A stretch of DNA of 64,000 nucleotides from an uncultured Desulfosarcina sp. (GCA_963674945.2 CAXXWQ010000003.1:1824001-1888000); one strand, 5' to 3'; shown: positions 49,984-61,092, counted from the stretch's first letter. The notes: generated from the sequence alone by a model not told the origin. A program made the numbers and translations.

Positions 49984-51102
49984 TCAGATATATCGAAACG
50001 GATCCGTTTCCAAGTCGATGGCTGTAACAGCGGCTGTCAAAGCCGACGATTCCATTGCATCTTTTAGTTTTTTTGCCAAGACGCCTGCAATCAGATGCTC
50101 CGACGCAAAATGGCCGATGTCAACGAGCCCGATACCTTCCTGCTGTGCATCCCTGGCGGTGTGATATCCCAAATCCCCGGTAACGTAAACCTGCGCTCCT
50201 GAGGAGACGGCTGCCGTCATGAGACTGGATCCGCTTCCTGAACAGACCGCCACCGTCTCCACGACCATGTTGGGGTTTCCCACCATCTTCACCCTTTTCA
50301 GATCGAATTCAGATTTGATCTGCTTTGCAAAAGCGACAAGGGATAAGGGGCTTTTCAGCTTCCCTATGCGCCCCAGTCCCGTTCGTGGATCGCTGGCGAT
50401 AACAGGATAAACGTCATAGGCCATCGTTTCGTAAGGATGCGCCGTTTTTAACGATTCAATTACCGGCCCCAACCGATCCTTGGGAACGATGGTTTCGAGC
50501 CGACTCTCTTGTACCTCGTTGCGCAACCCCTTCTCCCCCAAGGCCGGATTGGCCTTTTCCTCCGGCAAGAACGTTCCGATCCCTTCAGCCCGAAAGGTAC
50601 AGCACCGGTAGTTACCGATCCGCCCAACATCCAGGGCGTTTACCGTGGAAAGCATCGATGCGACATGATCCGACGGAACAAAAACGACCAGCTTGCAAAG
50701 ATTGGCATCCGAACCATTGCCCAGCACGCGAAGGTCTTCGATTCCAATTCGATGGGCCAGTGCATCGTTCACCCCGCCCATCACCTTGTCAAGGTTGGTA
50801 TGTGCGCAAAAGATGGCCAACCGACGTGTCAAGGCCAACGCGATGATTCTTCCCAGGGGGGATTCGCCGTCGACGTTCCGGATAGGTGCAAAAAAGAGCG
50901 GATGGTGTGTCACCAATAGATCTGCACCGTGATCACAGGCCCATGTGACCACCTCGAGGCTTGGATCCAGGGCCGTGCAGACCTTTTTTACCGTCCAGGA
51001 GGGGCTCCCAATTTGAAGACCGACGTTATCCCAGGACTCCGCGAGCCGTACAGGCGCCAATTGTTCCAGTATACGAATGTATTGTTCAACACGTCCTGTC
51101 AT
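49984..51102 (-). CDS. Nif3-like dinuclear metal center protein with PII-like insert
   Basis: ESWDNVGL, THHPLFF, HTNLD, HPYE..AYD, GHFASE. Confidence 0.93.
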   Translation of the reverse strand: MTGRVEQYIRILEQLAPVRLAESWDNVGLQIGSPSWTVKKVCTALDPSLEVVTWACDHGADLLVTHHPLFFAPIRNVDGESPLGRIIALALTRRLAIFCAHTNLDKVMGGVNDALAHRIGIEDLRVLGNGSDANLCKLVVFVPSDHVASMLSTVNALDVGRIGNYRCCTFRAEGIGTFLPEEKANPALGEKGLRNEVQESRLETIVPKDRLGPVIESLKTAHPYETMAYDVYPVIASDPRTGLGRIGKLKSPLSLVAFAKQIKSEFDLKRVKMVGNPNMVVETVAVCSGSGSSLMTAAVSSGAQVYVTGDLGYHTARDAQQEGIGLVDIGHFASEHLIAGVLAKKLKDAMESSALTAAVTAIDLETDPFRYI

Positions 51103-51140
51103 ATTCCATCACCAGATGACGCGTTTTGATACCATCAGAT

Positions 51141-51174
51141 AAAAAAAGGCGTGGTCACTGCATCACACCACGCC
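51141..51174 (-). terminator. Rho-independent terminator downstream of the tRNA
   Basis: GGCGTGGT-N11-ACCACGCC followed by T7 on the minus strand. Confidence 0.7.
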
Positions 51175-51252
51175 AAATCGCATTGTTTTTTTCACCCAGT
51201 CCCGAAACTCCAGGCGTCTTGCAGTGACGGATGGCACTGGAATGAAAGTAAG

Positions 51253-51325
51253 TGGGCCCACCTGGGATCGAACCAGGGACCGACCGGTTATGAGCCGGTG
51301 GCTCTGCCAGCTGAGCTATGGGCCC
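51253..51325 (-). tRNA. tRNA with CAT anticodon, probably tRNA-Ile2 (lysidine-modified); CCA not encoded
   Basis: GGGCCCATAGCTCAGCTGGCAGAGCCACCGGCTCATAACCGGTCGGTCCCTGGTTCGATCCCAGGTGGGCCCA folds as a cloverleaf; paired G1-C72 excludes initiator tRNA. Confidence 0.93.
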
Positions 51326-51348
51326 ATATCAGGGCGACAGCGAACGCT

Positions 51349-51378
51349 GTTCTACAGCCCGTACCAACTTCTTGTCAA
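51349..51378 (-). promoter_or_regulatory. Putative sigma-70 promoter of the tRNA
   Basis: TTGACA-N18-TAGAAC ending about 24 nt upstream of the tRNA. Confidence 0.5.
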
Positions 51379-51453
51379 GTAAATCCAACCTTTATTTTAA
51401 TGCCCCCCGACTTTCCGATGTCCAAAGGGTCGCCGATTCTCTTTGTAACCCCA

Positions 51454-53328
51454 TCAATTGTCGATGAAACTCTTGAGTTTTCGACTTCGGGTCGGATGGC
51501 GCAGTTTCCTGAGCGCTTTTGCCTCGATCTGCCGAATCCGCTCACGGGTGACGGTGAAATCCTGCCCGACTTCTTCCAAGGTATGGTCCGCCTTTTCGCC
51601 AATGCCGAAGCGCATTCGGAGCACTTTCTCTTCCCGTGGGGTCAAGGTGGCCAGCACTTTACGGGTTTGCTCGGCCAAATTCATGCTGACGGCCGCTTCG
51701 GATGGCAGCATGAATTTCTTATCTTCGATAAAATCCCCCAGATGGCTATCCTCCTCTTCACCGATGGGAGTCTCCAAAGATATGGGTTCACGGGCAATTT
51801 TCAACACCTTTCGAACCTTGTCGATGGGAATCTCCATCTTCTCCGCGATCTCTTCCGGTCGGGGTTCCCGCCCGAACTCTTGGACCAGGTATCGGGAAGT
51901 TCGGATCAGTTTGTTAATGGTTTCGATCATATGAACCGGGATTCGAATCGTCCTCGCCTGGTCGGCGATAGCCCGGGTAATGGCCTGCCGGATCCACCAA
52001 GTTGCGTAGGTGCTGAATTTATATCCGCGGCGGTATTCAAACTTATCCACCGCCTTCATCAGCCCGATATTGCCCTCTTGGATGAGATCCAGGAATTGCA
52101 GACCGCGGTTGGTATACTTTTTTGCGATACTGACGACCAATCGCAAGTTGGCACGGATCAACTCACTCTTGGCATATTTTGCCCGCAAACGCCCTTCGTC
52201 CACACTGGCCATGACCCGCTTGAGGTTCCTGTTGTTGGCCTTAAAGTCGTTCTCCTTTTCGGCCAAAAGGGTTTGTACCGATTGCAGATGGTCGTAAATT
52301 CGCCCCAACTGGACTTCGTCCAGCGTGGTCTTATCACTGGCCCAGGATATGAAACCCGCTTTGCTTTCCTGATTTTCCCGAAACTCTCGAATTGTCACCC
52401 CAAGGGATTCGGCCGTGAAAGACACCAGCTTGTTCTGTGTGTCAAACCATTCAATGAGTCGACGAATGTGCTCCTCGATCCGGTCAATGACGCCGCCTTC
52501 CAATCGCCAGCTTTTGAGCAGATCGAAAATCTTGTTATTCCGACGCATAATGCAACGTCGAATCCGGCGGGCTTCATCGGGCTCCAATTGTTCGGTAAAG
52601 AGGCGCTTGCGATATTCGCGATTCTCGTCATTTACCTTGCGAATAGCGGAAATGGTATCGAGAAAATTGTCGATCTGAACCTTTTCATCCACATAGGCGT
52701 CCCCTTCGTCCACGTCCCGCAGAACATGTTTGGGGCGAAGGGCGCCCTTTTCGATCAGGTCGCCGAACTCGAGAATATATTTCACTCCCAGGGAGGTCTC
52801 CAAGAGCGCCTTGAGGACATTTTGCTCTCCTTCTTCGATTTTTTTGGCAATCTCCACCTCCCCTTCACGGCTTAAGAGGGTGACCATTCCCATTTCTCGA
52901 AGATACATTTTGACCGGATCGGTGACGGAACCTATATCGGCAACCGTTACCGCCTTGTTATGATCCTCTTTTTTTCCACTGGAATTCTCCTTGCCCGAAG
53001 GACCGTTATCCTTTTCGATGATCTCGATATCCATATCATCAAACATCATCAATGTATCGTCGATCATCTCCGAAGACATCATTTCATTGGGAAGTGCCTC
53101 GTTGATCTCTTCGTAGGTGAGTGACCCCTTGGCCTTTCCCTTTCTTATCAGTGCCTTAAGTGCAGTCTGATCGCTTTTCTTGATTGTCATTTTCCCGTTT
53201 TCCGGTGTGGTTGCATCTGATGAGTTACCGGCAGATTTTTTGCCGACTGCTTCGGCTTTCTTCGCGGCAGACATCCCCTTTGCTTTTGTTGTCGCCCCGT
53301 TGCGCTTCTTTTCATTTTTTTTGGTCAT
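51454..53328 (-). CDS. rpoD: Primary sigma factor sigma-70
   Basis: Region 1.1, [62 protein letters not shown] 53328 after AGGAGG. Confidence 0.97.
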   Translation of the reverse strand: MTKKNEKKRNGATTKAKGMSAAKKAEAVGKKSAGNSSDATTPENGKMTIKKSDQTALKALIRKGKAKGSLTYEEINEALPNEMMSSEMIDDTLMMFDDMDIEIIEKDNGPSGKENSSGKKEDHNKAVTVADIGSVTDPVKMYLREMGMVTLLSREGEVEIAKKIEEGEQNVLKALLETSLGVKYILEFGDLIEKGALRPKHVLRDVDEGDAYVDEKVQIDNFLDTISAIRKVNDENREYRKRLFTEQLEPDEARRIRRCIMRRNNKIFDLLKSWRLEGGVIDRIEEHIRRLIEWFDTQNKLVSFTAESLGVTIREFRENQESKAGFISWASDKTTLDEVQLGRIYDHLQSVQTLLAEKENDFKANNRNLKRVMASVDEGRLRAKYAKSELIRANLRLVVSIAKKYTNRGLQFLDLIQEGNIGLMKAVDKFEYRRGYKFSTYATWWIRQAITRAIADQARTIRIPVHMIETINKLIRTSRYLVQEFGREPRPEEIAEKMEIPIDKVRKVLKIAREPISLETPIGEEEDSHLGDFIEDKKFMLPSEAAVSMNLAEQTRKVLATLTPREEKVLRMRFGIGEKADHTLEEVGQDFTVTRERIRQIEAKALRKLRHPTRSRKLKSFIDN

Positions 53329-53426
53329 GCCTTTTGCCTCCTGGAACCAAACAGGATTGTCGTTGCAACCTATCGGTAGTTCGATCTTGTATGTACCCAT
53401 TTCGTTTATGCGCCGGTCACTGCAGG

Positions 53427-55304
53427 TCAAATATCGTCGGACGTCGACACCAATCGTGTATCGGCACCACCATGCCGATGTGTCACCCTTTGGGCCTGGT
53501 GCTGTTTCTCTTGCAACAAGGAAGCAAGCAGCTCTACGTCACCACTTTTTTCTGCCGCCTCGATTCGCTGTAACAACGACTTATCCCTGCGGCGGATGCT
53601 TTGGTGAAACTGGTTTATCAGATTCATACAGCCATCTTTGTCCCATTGCTCGTCGGTCAAGGAGAGCCGTGCGACCATGGCTTTCGTCTCCACATCCGTC
53701 CACCTCGACACCAACCCGGCCACATCGCTGCCGGATTGGGCAAAGTGGTCGATGATTCCTTTTCCGATTTTCTCCAGCAGCGGATCCGCGAATTGGGTCA
53801 CATACCGGTGTTTCGCTATATAAGGAATCATTTCTGGATATTGCAGCATCATTGCCACCATCTGGCGTTCCAACCGGTAGGTCTCTCCCTTTGGTTTTGA
53901 AACACAACGGTGTTCCTTTGGATTCGTATCCGGTCGTCCCGTCATCCATTGCCTTTTTGCAGGTACGGGGCCGCCCTGTCGAACTTTTTGTAAGAGAATC
54001 GATTCCTCGACTCCCATTCGTTCCGATAACTGCTTTACCCGAAGAGCCCTTTCCACCGGATCGCCGATTGCCAGGATAGCATCTTTCAGATCATTTATTA
54101 TGCGGACCTTGCCTTCTATGGTTAGGCCGTATTTGGCAATGGCCGACGCCACCATGAAGTCCATCATTCCCTTTGCATCCTTTGCAATCTGCAAGAAGGC
54201 GCCCGCACCGTTTTTCATGATGAACGAATCTGGATCCTGGTCCTTGGGAAGAACCAAAACCCGGGCCGCGAGCAAACCCTTTTGAAACACCGCAACGCTA
54301 CGCTGGGCCGCCTTTACGCCGGCCTGGTCCGAATCGAAAACCAAAATCGCCTCTCCCTTTTGTCCGACCAATCCCTTTAGGATCTGCACGTGTTCCAGGG
54401 TCAGGGAGGTACCCAGTGTCGCCACGGTGTTTGAGATCCCAAACTGGTGCATGGTAAGAAGATCGAAATATCCTTCCACCACATAGACCGCTTCCGACTG
54501 GCGGCTCTGCTGACGTGCCCGGTTCAGCCCGTACAGGGATCTACGCTTGTTGTACACCGGTGTTTCCGGACTGTTGAGATATTTGGGCAGTGCATCATCC
54601 ATCACGCGGCCGCCGAAACCCACCGGTTGGCTCTGTGCGTTGAATATGGGGAAAATAATGCGATTTCGAAACCGATCGTAGTAGCTCTGCCCCTTCTCTT
54701 GTGGCCCCTGCACTGGGGAACCCTTCTTCCGTGGAATGATCAGCCCGGCCAACGCCGCCATGGTCACGGATCTCTTTTTCTTTCCCAAGAAACGCGTCAG
54801 ATGATCCCATCCATCCGGAGCGAATCCGATATCGAAATCGTCAATGGTCTCTTTTCGCATCCCCCTTTCGCGCAAATAGTCCATCGCCCGCTGGCCATGG
54901 TTCTTCGAAAAAAGGCAATCACGATAAAATTTCAGTGCATCGCCATTAAGCGTTACTATCGATTCGCGCTCCGTCAACTTTTTTTTATCAGCCGGAGACA
55001 TTTTTCTTGTGGGGAGGCGGATACCATACCGGTTGGCAAGACTTCTGACTGCCTCTGGAAAGGTAAGCCCCTGGTGTTTCATCAAGAAGCTGAATACGTT
55101 GCCACCGGCACCACATCCAAAGCAATAGAAAATCTGTTTGTCCGGACTCACCGTAAACGAAGGGGTTTTTTCTGCGTGAAAAGGACACGATCCCAAAAAG
55201 TTACGCCCTGCGCGACGCAAGGAGACGAACTCCGATACGATCGCTACAATATCAGACGCGTTCTTTATTTCGGTAATTTTATCTTCGGGAATGTATGCCG
55301 CCAA
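53427..55304 (-). CDS. dnaG: DNA primase
   Basis: [57 protein letters not shown] start at 55304 after GGAGG. Confidence 0.96.
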   Translation of the reverse strand: MAAYIPEDKITEIKNASDIVAIVSEFVSLRRAGRNFLGSCPFHAEKTPSFTVSPDKQIFYCFGCGAGGNVFSFLMKHQGLTFPEAVRSLANRYGIRLPTRKMSPADKKKLTERESIVTLNGDALKFYRDCLFSKNHGQRAMDYLRERGMRKETIDDFDIGFAPDGWDHLTRFLGKKKRSVTMAALAGLIIPRKKGSPVQGPQEKGQSYYDRFRNRIIFPIFNAQSQPVGFGGRVMDDALPKYLNSPETPVYNKRRSLYGLNRARQQSRQSEAVYVVEGYFDLLTMHQFGISNTVATLGTSLTLEHVQILKGLVGQKGEAILVFDSDQAGVKAAQRSVAVFQKGLLAARVLVLPKDQDPDSFIMKNGAGAFLQIAKDAKGMMDFMVASAIAKYGLTIEGKVRIINDLKDAILAIGDPVERALRVKQLSERMGVEESILLQKVRQGGPVPAKRQWMTGRPDTNPKEHRCVSKPKGETYRLERQMVAMMLQYPEMIPYIAKHRYVTQFADPLLEKIGKGIIDHFAQSGSDVAGLVSRWTDVETKAMVARLSLTDEQWDKDGCMNLINQFHQSIRRRDKSLLQRIEAAEKSGDVELLASLLQEKQHQAQRVTHRHGGADTRLVSTSDDI

Positions 55305-55481
55305 AAAAAGCCGCCTCCATTGCAAATGGATTCGGGTTTATTCGTGCTCCGGTAGGACCTGGGCCATTCATCACTAAACAGGTATGCTCAGGGAACGGAT
55401 TGGCGTTGAAACGGGCGCATTGCCGCCATGGTCGTGATAGAACTCTCTCTGCGCATAAGATCTACCTTCTTTAAATTTTCT

Positions 55482-55510
55482 AATTTAGATCATCGACTAC
55501 TGCTTGTCAA
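55482..55510 (-). promoter_or_regulatory. Putative sigma-70 promoter of dnaG-rpoD
   Basis: TTGACA-N17-TAAATT. Confidence 0.55.
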
Positions 55511-55527
55511 CCAAAAGCGATATTTTT

Positions 55528-56115
55528 TCACAAGACGCCTTTTGAAGTCCGGGCACCCGGACGATTGGGATCAACGGTAACCGCCTGCTTCAGGGCGCGT
55601 CCGACGGATTTGAAAATGGATTCCAGCACGTGGTGTTCATTTTCACCATATGGGACATTGATGTGGAGGTTCATTCCTCCTTTGACGGAAAAGGCCCTGA
55701 AAAACTCCTTGGCCAACCCGCGATCCAGCGGACCGGCCGACTCCAACTGGGATGGTAGGTTGAAAACCAAGAAGGGTCGATTGGACAGATCGATGGCAAC
55801 CTCCGCCAGTGCCTCGTCCATGGGGGTAACGGCAAAACCGTAGCGGAAAATACCGCTGCGGTCGGCAAGGGCATTGGAGATACATGCGCCCAGGACCAAA
55901 CCGACATCTTCGACGGTGTGGTGGTAATCCACTTCCAGATCGCCGCGTGCATCGAGGAAAATATCGAATCCACCGTGGAAACAGAACAGGTTCAACATAT
56001 GATCGAAAAAGGCGATGCCGGTGCTGATCTTCGCCTTTGCCGCACCGTCGAGATTGAGTTCGGCGGTAATTTGTGTTTCCGTTGTATTTCGGTCGATCCG
56101 ACTCTTGCGGTCCAT
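55528..56115 (-). CDS. hisB: Imidazoleglycerol-phosphate dehydratase
   Basis: RNTTETQI, FFDHML, DYHHTVEDVG, PMDEAL, GENEHH, SKGVL. Confidence 0.96.
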   Translation of the reverse strand: MDRKSRIDRNTTETQITAELNLDGAAKAKISTGIAFFDHMLNLFCFHGGFDIFLDARGDLEVDYHHTVEDVGLVLGACISNALADRSGIFRYGFAVTPMDEALAEVAIDLSNRPFLVFNLPSQLESAGPLDRGLAKEFFRAFSVKGGMNLHINVPYGENEHHVLESIFKSVGRALKQAVTVDPNRPGARTSKGVL

Positions 56116-56379
56116 GTTGCATCTCCTCGTGGTTTTGAATTCCCACCTTTCCGGTGGCCAAATGAACATCCACTGTCAATATTGACACGTGACGACACCG
56201 TTTCGTAAAGTACCGCGTCCACTGCCGCAACATCGATAAAATGTGTTCACGGAAAAATAACCCGTTTCGCCTTTGGAAGCAAGGGATTCGGTCACACCGC
56301 CGCATTTGGCATTGGACACATTGTGGTAGGTGTGCCTATATAGACGTTTTCTATCTGTTCGACCAGCCAAGGAGATGAA

Positions 56380-58125
56380 ATGAAACATGCCCGTCCCATC
56401 GAATTGAAAGACGCCTTCAAACAGGCAACCGATGACCAGGACAAAATCATACCGCCGGAAAAGACGGTGTCACGGGTGAAAAAGCAGATGCAGGCCATGG
56501 ATTCGAAAATCCTGGACCAAACCGTTCGAATCGACAACGGTCGTCTGGACATTCCCGTTTTTTTCAGCACCTGCGGTCACGATGCGTTAAAAGTCATCGG
56601 CACAAAAAAGCAGATGGGCAAGGGGGCAACACCGGCACAGGCCGAGGCCAGCGCAGTCATGGAACTGGCCGAGCGATTCAGTTTTTTCAGTTTCTATCAA
56701 AATGACGCGAACACTTGTTTGGGCACGTATGGACAATTCGCCCGTGAAGCCATCCCCTTCGAACAAATTGCCAAATCGGTTCACGACGAATCCGACGAAC
56801 TTGCGATCTCCCGAAAGATTTTCGAAGGACTGCCCTTGCGGTGGACCGGTGCCTGGAGCCTGACCAGGGAGAAAGCGGTCTTCGTGCCCCTGGACTGGTT
56901 CTATGCCATTAATGCCTTCAATGGCCCGTCTGCCGGCAACTGTGTGGAAGAGGCACTTTGTCAGGGAATCTGTGAAATCGTCGAGCGCCACGTATCATCC
57001 ATCATCAGCCGCCAAAAGATTGCCACCATGCGGATCGATCAAGCTTCGGCAACGGATCTGTGCGTACGCCAGATGCTGGACAAATACGCACGTGCCGGCA
57101 TTCGTTTGGCCATCACCGATTTCACCCTGGACATGGGCATTCCTTCGGTGGGTGTCTTGGCATACGATCCTTCCACCTTCCCGAATAAGAGCGAAATCGT
57201 ATGGACCGCCGGCACCACCCCCGGTCCGGAAAAGGCCCTGAGCCGGGCGCTTACGGAAGTCGCCCAACTCGCCGGGGATTTTAGCACCGGATCCAATTAC
57301 GTGGCCTCGGGCCTACCCAAATTTTCGCGTCTGGAAGATGCCGCCTACGTGATCAATGCCCCGGGCAACAGACGACTGGACGAATTGCCGGACATTTCCC
57401 ACCCGAACATCCGCCATGAGGTGCAGGCTTGCATCCAGGCGCTGGCCCAGCGGGACTTCGAGGTACTGGCGGTGGATACCACCCATCCGAAACTGGCCGT
57501 TCCCGCTTTCTACACCATCGTGCCGGGCGCCCATTTCCGGGAACGCGCTGCCGGTACCAGCGTGGCCATGTTCGCCGCCAAGCTGACCATGGAACGCTTC
57601 GCACCCGACGAGGCCATCGGCCGCCTTCTGGATATGGATCGGCTTTTGCCCGGCAAGTACTTCATCCAGTTTTATTTGGGCAATTGCCATTTGGAAAAAA
57701 ACGATCCGAGAAAGGCCCTAACCCATTTCGAAAAAGCCCTGGACCTGTCGCCGACGGGCCAGGACATTGTCAGCATCTACTCGTACATGGGTGTGTGCCA
57801 CAAAGAGATGGGCCAGTATGACAAGGCCCTGACCGTGCTGGCCAAGGGCGAAAAACGGGATGACCAGCGAACAGACATCCACAACCTCATGGGATTTTGC
57901 CACTTCATGCAAAAAAATCACGAAGCGGCCATCCGAAGCTTCGAAAAGGTAATCGCCTTGGATCCCAGTTCAGCCATCGACTATGCCAACATCGCTTCCA
58001 ACTACCGGGACATGGGGAAAAAGGACGATGCCATTCGCTACTATCGCCTGGCCCTGGAACTGGACCCGACCATCGCGTTCGCCCGGGAGAACCTCACGCG
58101 GCTCATTGGCAACGGGTCGAATTGA
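56380..58125 (+). CDS. YcaO-family protein with C-terminal TPR repeats
   Basis: YcaO ATP-binding motifs GKG.T..QA.ASAVME.AER, SAGN..EEA..QG.CE.VERH, ALSRALTEVAQ; about 4 C-terminal TPRs. Confidence 0.9.
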   Translation: MKHARPIELKDAFKQATDDQDKIIPPEKTVSRVKKQMQAMDSKILDQTVRIDNGRLDIPVFFSTCGHDALKVIGTKKQMGKGATPAQAEASAVMELAERFSFFSFYQNDANTCLGTYGQFAREAIPFEQIAKSVHDESDELAISRKIFEGLPLRWTGAWSLTREKAVFVPLDWFYAINAFNGPSAGNCVEEALCQGICEIVERHVSSIISRQKIATMRIDQASATDLCVRQMLDKYARAGIRLAITDFTLDMGIPSVGVLAYDPSTFPNKSEIVWTAGTTPGPEKALSRALTEVAQLAGDFSTGSNYVASGLPKFSRLEDAAYVINAPGNRRLDELPDISHPNIRHEVQACIQALAQRDFEVLAVDTTHPKLAVPAFYTIVPGAHFRERAAGTSVAMFAAKLTMERFAPDEAIGRLLDMDRLLPGKYFIQFYLGNCHLEKNDPRKALTHFEKALDLSPTGQDIVSIYSYMGVCHKEMGQYDKALTVLAKGEKRDDQRTDIHNLMGFCHFMQKNHEAAIRSFEKVIALDPSSAIDYANIASNYRDMGKKDDAIRYYRLALELDPTIAFARENLTRLIGNGSN

Positions 58126-58436
58126 AAGGATACCAGCAGCCGTCTTCAATGTCCAACCCCTCTTCGAATCCCGATTCGACTCGTTCGGTAATTGTTTCAA
58201 CCACCACAAGAAAAATTGATATAGCATCCGCATTTCAGATATGGTAAAGTAACATATGCTTAAAATCCAATGGGGAATGCAGCATTATTCGCGAATGCTG
58301 CATTCGCACCGGCAAAGACGATACGATCGTCAGCTGCAATGTCGGGAACAAGTCAATCCGCCAACTTCATCGGGGGTGGTATGGGTTTGGCCCCCGGGAA
58401 GAAGGCATTGGGCAAAAACAAAGAAAGGGGAAGAAA

Positions 58437-58781
58437 ATGGATCGAGTAGCAGTTATCGGATGCGGCGCCTACATGGACAGCGGGTACGGATGTCCGGGTG
58501 AGTGGCGGTGCCTGAAAGCGGCAGCCCTGGGTGAGGGGAAATTCGAGAGTCCGGCCCAAGTGGTCTCCTTTGTCAAATGCGAGTGTCCGGGAAGAGCCGT
58601 ACTGCCAACCGTTGGCATGGCGGCCAAACTTTCACAGATCAAACCGGATAAGATTTATCTCAGTTCCTGTCTTGTAAATGCCAAACCAGGCTGCCCCTAT
58701 ATGTCGGCCGACGAACTGGCAACGATGCTGGAAGGCAAGTTCGAGGTGCCGGTTGTTAAAGGGACCCACGACTACCACTAA
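58437..58781 (+). CDS. CGGC-domain small Cys-rich protein
   Basis: VAVIGC..CPG..C, CECPG, IYLSSC..CP, VVKGTH. Confidence 0.8.
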   Translation: MDRVAVIGCGAYMDSGYGCPGEWRCLKAAALGEGKFESPAQVVSFVKCECPGRAVLPTVGMAAKLSQIKPDKIYLSSCLVNAKPGCPYMSADELATMLEGKFEVPVVKGTHDYH

Positions 58782-58783
58782 AT

Positions 58784-58929
58784 AATGCTCATCCAGAAAC
58801 GGCATCTCATGGCCCATGCCGGCGTTTTCACTCCGTCGAAATCCTCAACGTAGCGCTGCTACGCCTCCGGTTTCAACGTCGTTGCGGCCTTGGCCGTAAG
58901 CCATGATCTACCATTTCTGGACGGACACT
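58784..58929. repeat. About 146-bp palindromic intergenic element (MITE/REP-like)
   Basis: Imperfect terminal inverted repeats (14/19; AATGCTCATCCAGAAACGG vs AGTGTCCGTCCAGAAATGG) and a central hairpin CGTAGC-GCT-GCTACG. Confidence 0.55.
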
Positions 58930-58959
58930 GATCGCTATCATTACATTCGATTACGGATC

Positions 58960-59005
58960 AAAGAGCCAAAAGCAGGAAGGGTGGATCTGCTTTTGGCTCT
59001 TTTTT
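58960..59005 (+). terminator. Rho-independent terminator between convergent genes
   Basis: AAAGAGCCAAAAGCAG-loop-CTGCTTTTGGCTCTTT followed by TTT. Confidence 0.75.
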
Positions 59006-59161
59006 GTCTCATAGCTGTGTCAAAGGGAAATCACCGACAACCCGCTGAGTGAGCGGTTTGATGTTCGACGTTTAAAAATCGACTTTCGGACTTATTGAGC
59101 CCCGGATCGGTCCGAATCTTTTTAGGTCGCTCGGGCTTTGCCCGAGGTTAATGAACTGCAA

Positions 59162-60811
59162 TTAATTCCCTTCCAGCCATCTTTTCAACCACATGATCCG
59201 GATCGGATGGTCCGATGCGAGGGCAAGTGCTTTTTCCTTATGATCATCAAAACGATGAAGAAAGGCGCCTTTGCCGGGATTTGCCGCCGAGGCGTCTAAA
59301 TACCGCCGCGCATAGGTGTAGGTCAGGTAGACATGCGCGTAGCAGTTGTCCGGATCGATGGCCAAGGCCCGTTCAAAGGCTTTGGTTGCGCCCCGATCGT
59401 CTTTTTGCCGGTAACGGATATACCCTGATAAATTGTGGCCGATGGGGTCGTCATCGACGCAATCGACGTACGCGTCGATGTGGGTTTTCGCCGTACGATA
59501 CTGATAGTGTGCATCCACGTGGGCCATGGCCAGGTATTTTCGCACGAGAATCAAATCAGGATCCAGCCGAAGGGCTTTGTTTAATATGGGAATCGCCTTT
59601 GCGCTCATTGCCGTAATCGTGTAAAGGCGGCCCAATTCCAGCAACTGATTGGGGTTGTCCGGATCATGGTCGACGCGTTCTTCAACGGCCAACATCCGAT
59701 TTGCGATTTCCCCGTCTCGATCGATGGTATACCGGTCGTTTTCGGACAGAGGAAAGTCCTGACCCTGAAAAGAAAAAGCATCTATAAGGAGCTTCATATG
59801 GGGGTAGTCGGAGAATTCGACACCCCAGTGCGGCGATTTCCCCATGCGGATGAATCGACGCTGGTGGACGATGTCGAATTGCCATCCCGCATTGGTGCGA
59901 CACAGCAGAAAAGGGGCATTGTCCCATCCCGTCTTCCGGCCGAAGTAAATCACGGCCCATTCACCGTCTTGCCTTACCGTGTACGGTTTTGATTTGTAGG
60001 TGGCGTATTCCCTTTCCAGGCTGGCATCGGGACGATTGGCGAAATCGCGGTACGAAAGCCGGGTGACCGCCGTGTATACGCCCAGGTACGGGTCCTTAAC
60101 CTTTTCCTTCCAGCTCCGGATCATGGTCTGCCACGCCTGGTCAGGTGTATCCCCCGACGGATAGTCATTATTTACGGGAAGACGGGCTCCTATCGACCGA
60201 CTGCCATTTTCCGGTCGGCGAAGCGTCAAACGGTGTCCGGCACCGGCGCCCTGGGAGAGGAAATCGAGGTCCAAACCGGCGATGGTGGAGGGGGTATAGT
60301 CTCCCGTGTACTTGACCTGGGCTCGGGCTTCGATGGCTTCTATTACGGCAATCAACCCGATGGACAGTTGATCGGCCGCGAAGCGTGTCTGAAGCAGGAG
60401 ATCCTGGACACGGCCGGTGAAGGCGTCGGTGAAGACATCCTCGAGGTCGTAGCTGACTTCGATTTTCACCTCTTTTTCATCATCCACCAATAAAAACAGC
60501 AGACCTCGCCCATCAAAGTCCTTTCCGATTTTCCAATTGGTAAAAATCTCGACGGCGGCACTCGTGGCGGTGTATCTGTTTCCCAACGAAGGCAAGGTAA
60601 CGATCAGCATTTCGATGCCATATTGTTCCCGAATGTTCGCAAGATGGCGATTGGTCGCGTCGCGTGCATCGTCCATCAGTCCAACATGGTCGAATAGCGC
60701 TTCTTTGTTGCGCGGCCGTTGTTTAATGACATCTTCTATGCTGAAGTCTTCCCCTTGACTGCAGGCAAAAAGCAGAAAGGACAAGAATATATAAAAAACG
60801 TGCTTGATCAT
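59162..60811 (-). CDS. TPM (DUF477) domain lipoprotein with C-terminal TPRs
   Basis: Lipobox LLFAC; TPM motif WKIG...GRGLLFLL..KEVKIEVSYDLE.VFTD; TPRs; start uncertain. Confidence 0.8.
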   Translation of the reverse strand: MIKHVFYIFLSFLLFACSQGEDFSIEDVIKQRPRNKEALFDHVGLMDDARDATNRHLANIREQYGIEMLIVTLPSLGNRYTATSAAVEIFTNWKIGKDFDGRGLLFLLVDDEKEVKIEVSYDLEDVFTDAFTGRVQDLLLQTRFAADQLSIGLIAVIEAIEARAQVKYTGDYTPSTIAGLDLDFLSQGAGAGHRLTLRRPENGSRSIGARLPVNNDYPSGDTPDQAWQTMIRSWKEKVKDPYLGVYTAVTRLSYRDFANRPDASLEREYATYKSKPYTVRQDGEWAVIYFGRKTGWDNAPFLLCRTNAGWQFDIVHQRRFIRMGKSPHWGVEFSDYPHMKLLIDAFSFQGQDFPLSENDRYTIDRDGEIANRMLAVEERVDHDPDNPNQLLELGRLYTITAMSAKAIPILNKALRLDPDLILVRKYLAMAHVDAHYQYRTAKTHIDAYVDCVDDDPIGHNLSGYIRYRQKDDRGATKAFERALAIDPDNCYAHVYLTYTYARRYLDASAANPGKGAFLHRFDDHKEKALALASDHPIRIMWLKRWLEGN

Positions 60812-61065
60812 GGTAACAATATCGAACCGTTTCAACTGACGTTTCATTTCATCTGCCAATGGCGGGGAACAAAATTGCCCAGCCGATCATTCTGTCACCT
60901 ATTATCGCGATAATTTCCCATGACTTGAATTTCTTTACGCCATTCATCCAGCAACTTGCTTCACGCACGCTTAAAAAAAATCGGAGTAACTTTTGGGATC
61001 CATCCCAAACAAAACGAATGGGATGAGGTATGTTGCTGTATATACGCGATCATGCAACCATCCAT

Positions 61066-61092
61066 TTAAGTTTTTGGCCAATTCGACGATAT
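61066..61092 (+). promoter_or_regulatory. Possible sigma-28 promoter
   Basis: TTAAGTTT-N11-GACGATAT about 100 nt upstream of the acyltransferase. Confidence 0.5.

Noticed and set aside
51151..52875. 574-aa plus-strand ORF
   Set aside because: Antisense shadow of the highly conserved rpoD, and it also crosses the tRNA; no recognisable motifs.
58240..58262. Possible sigma-54 promoter (TGG...TGC) before the CGGC gene
   Set aside because: GG-to-GC spacing is 13 nt rather than the required 10.
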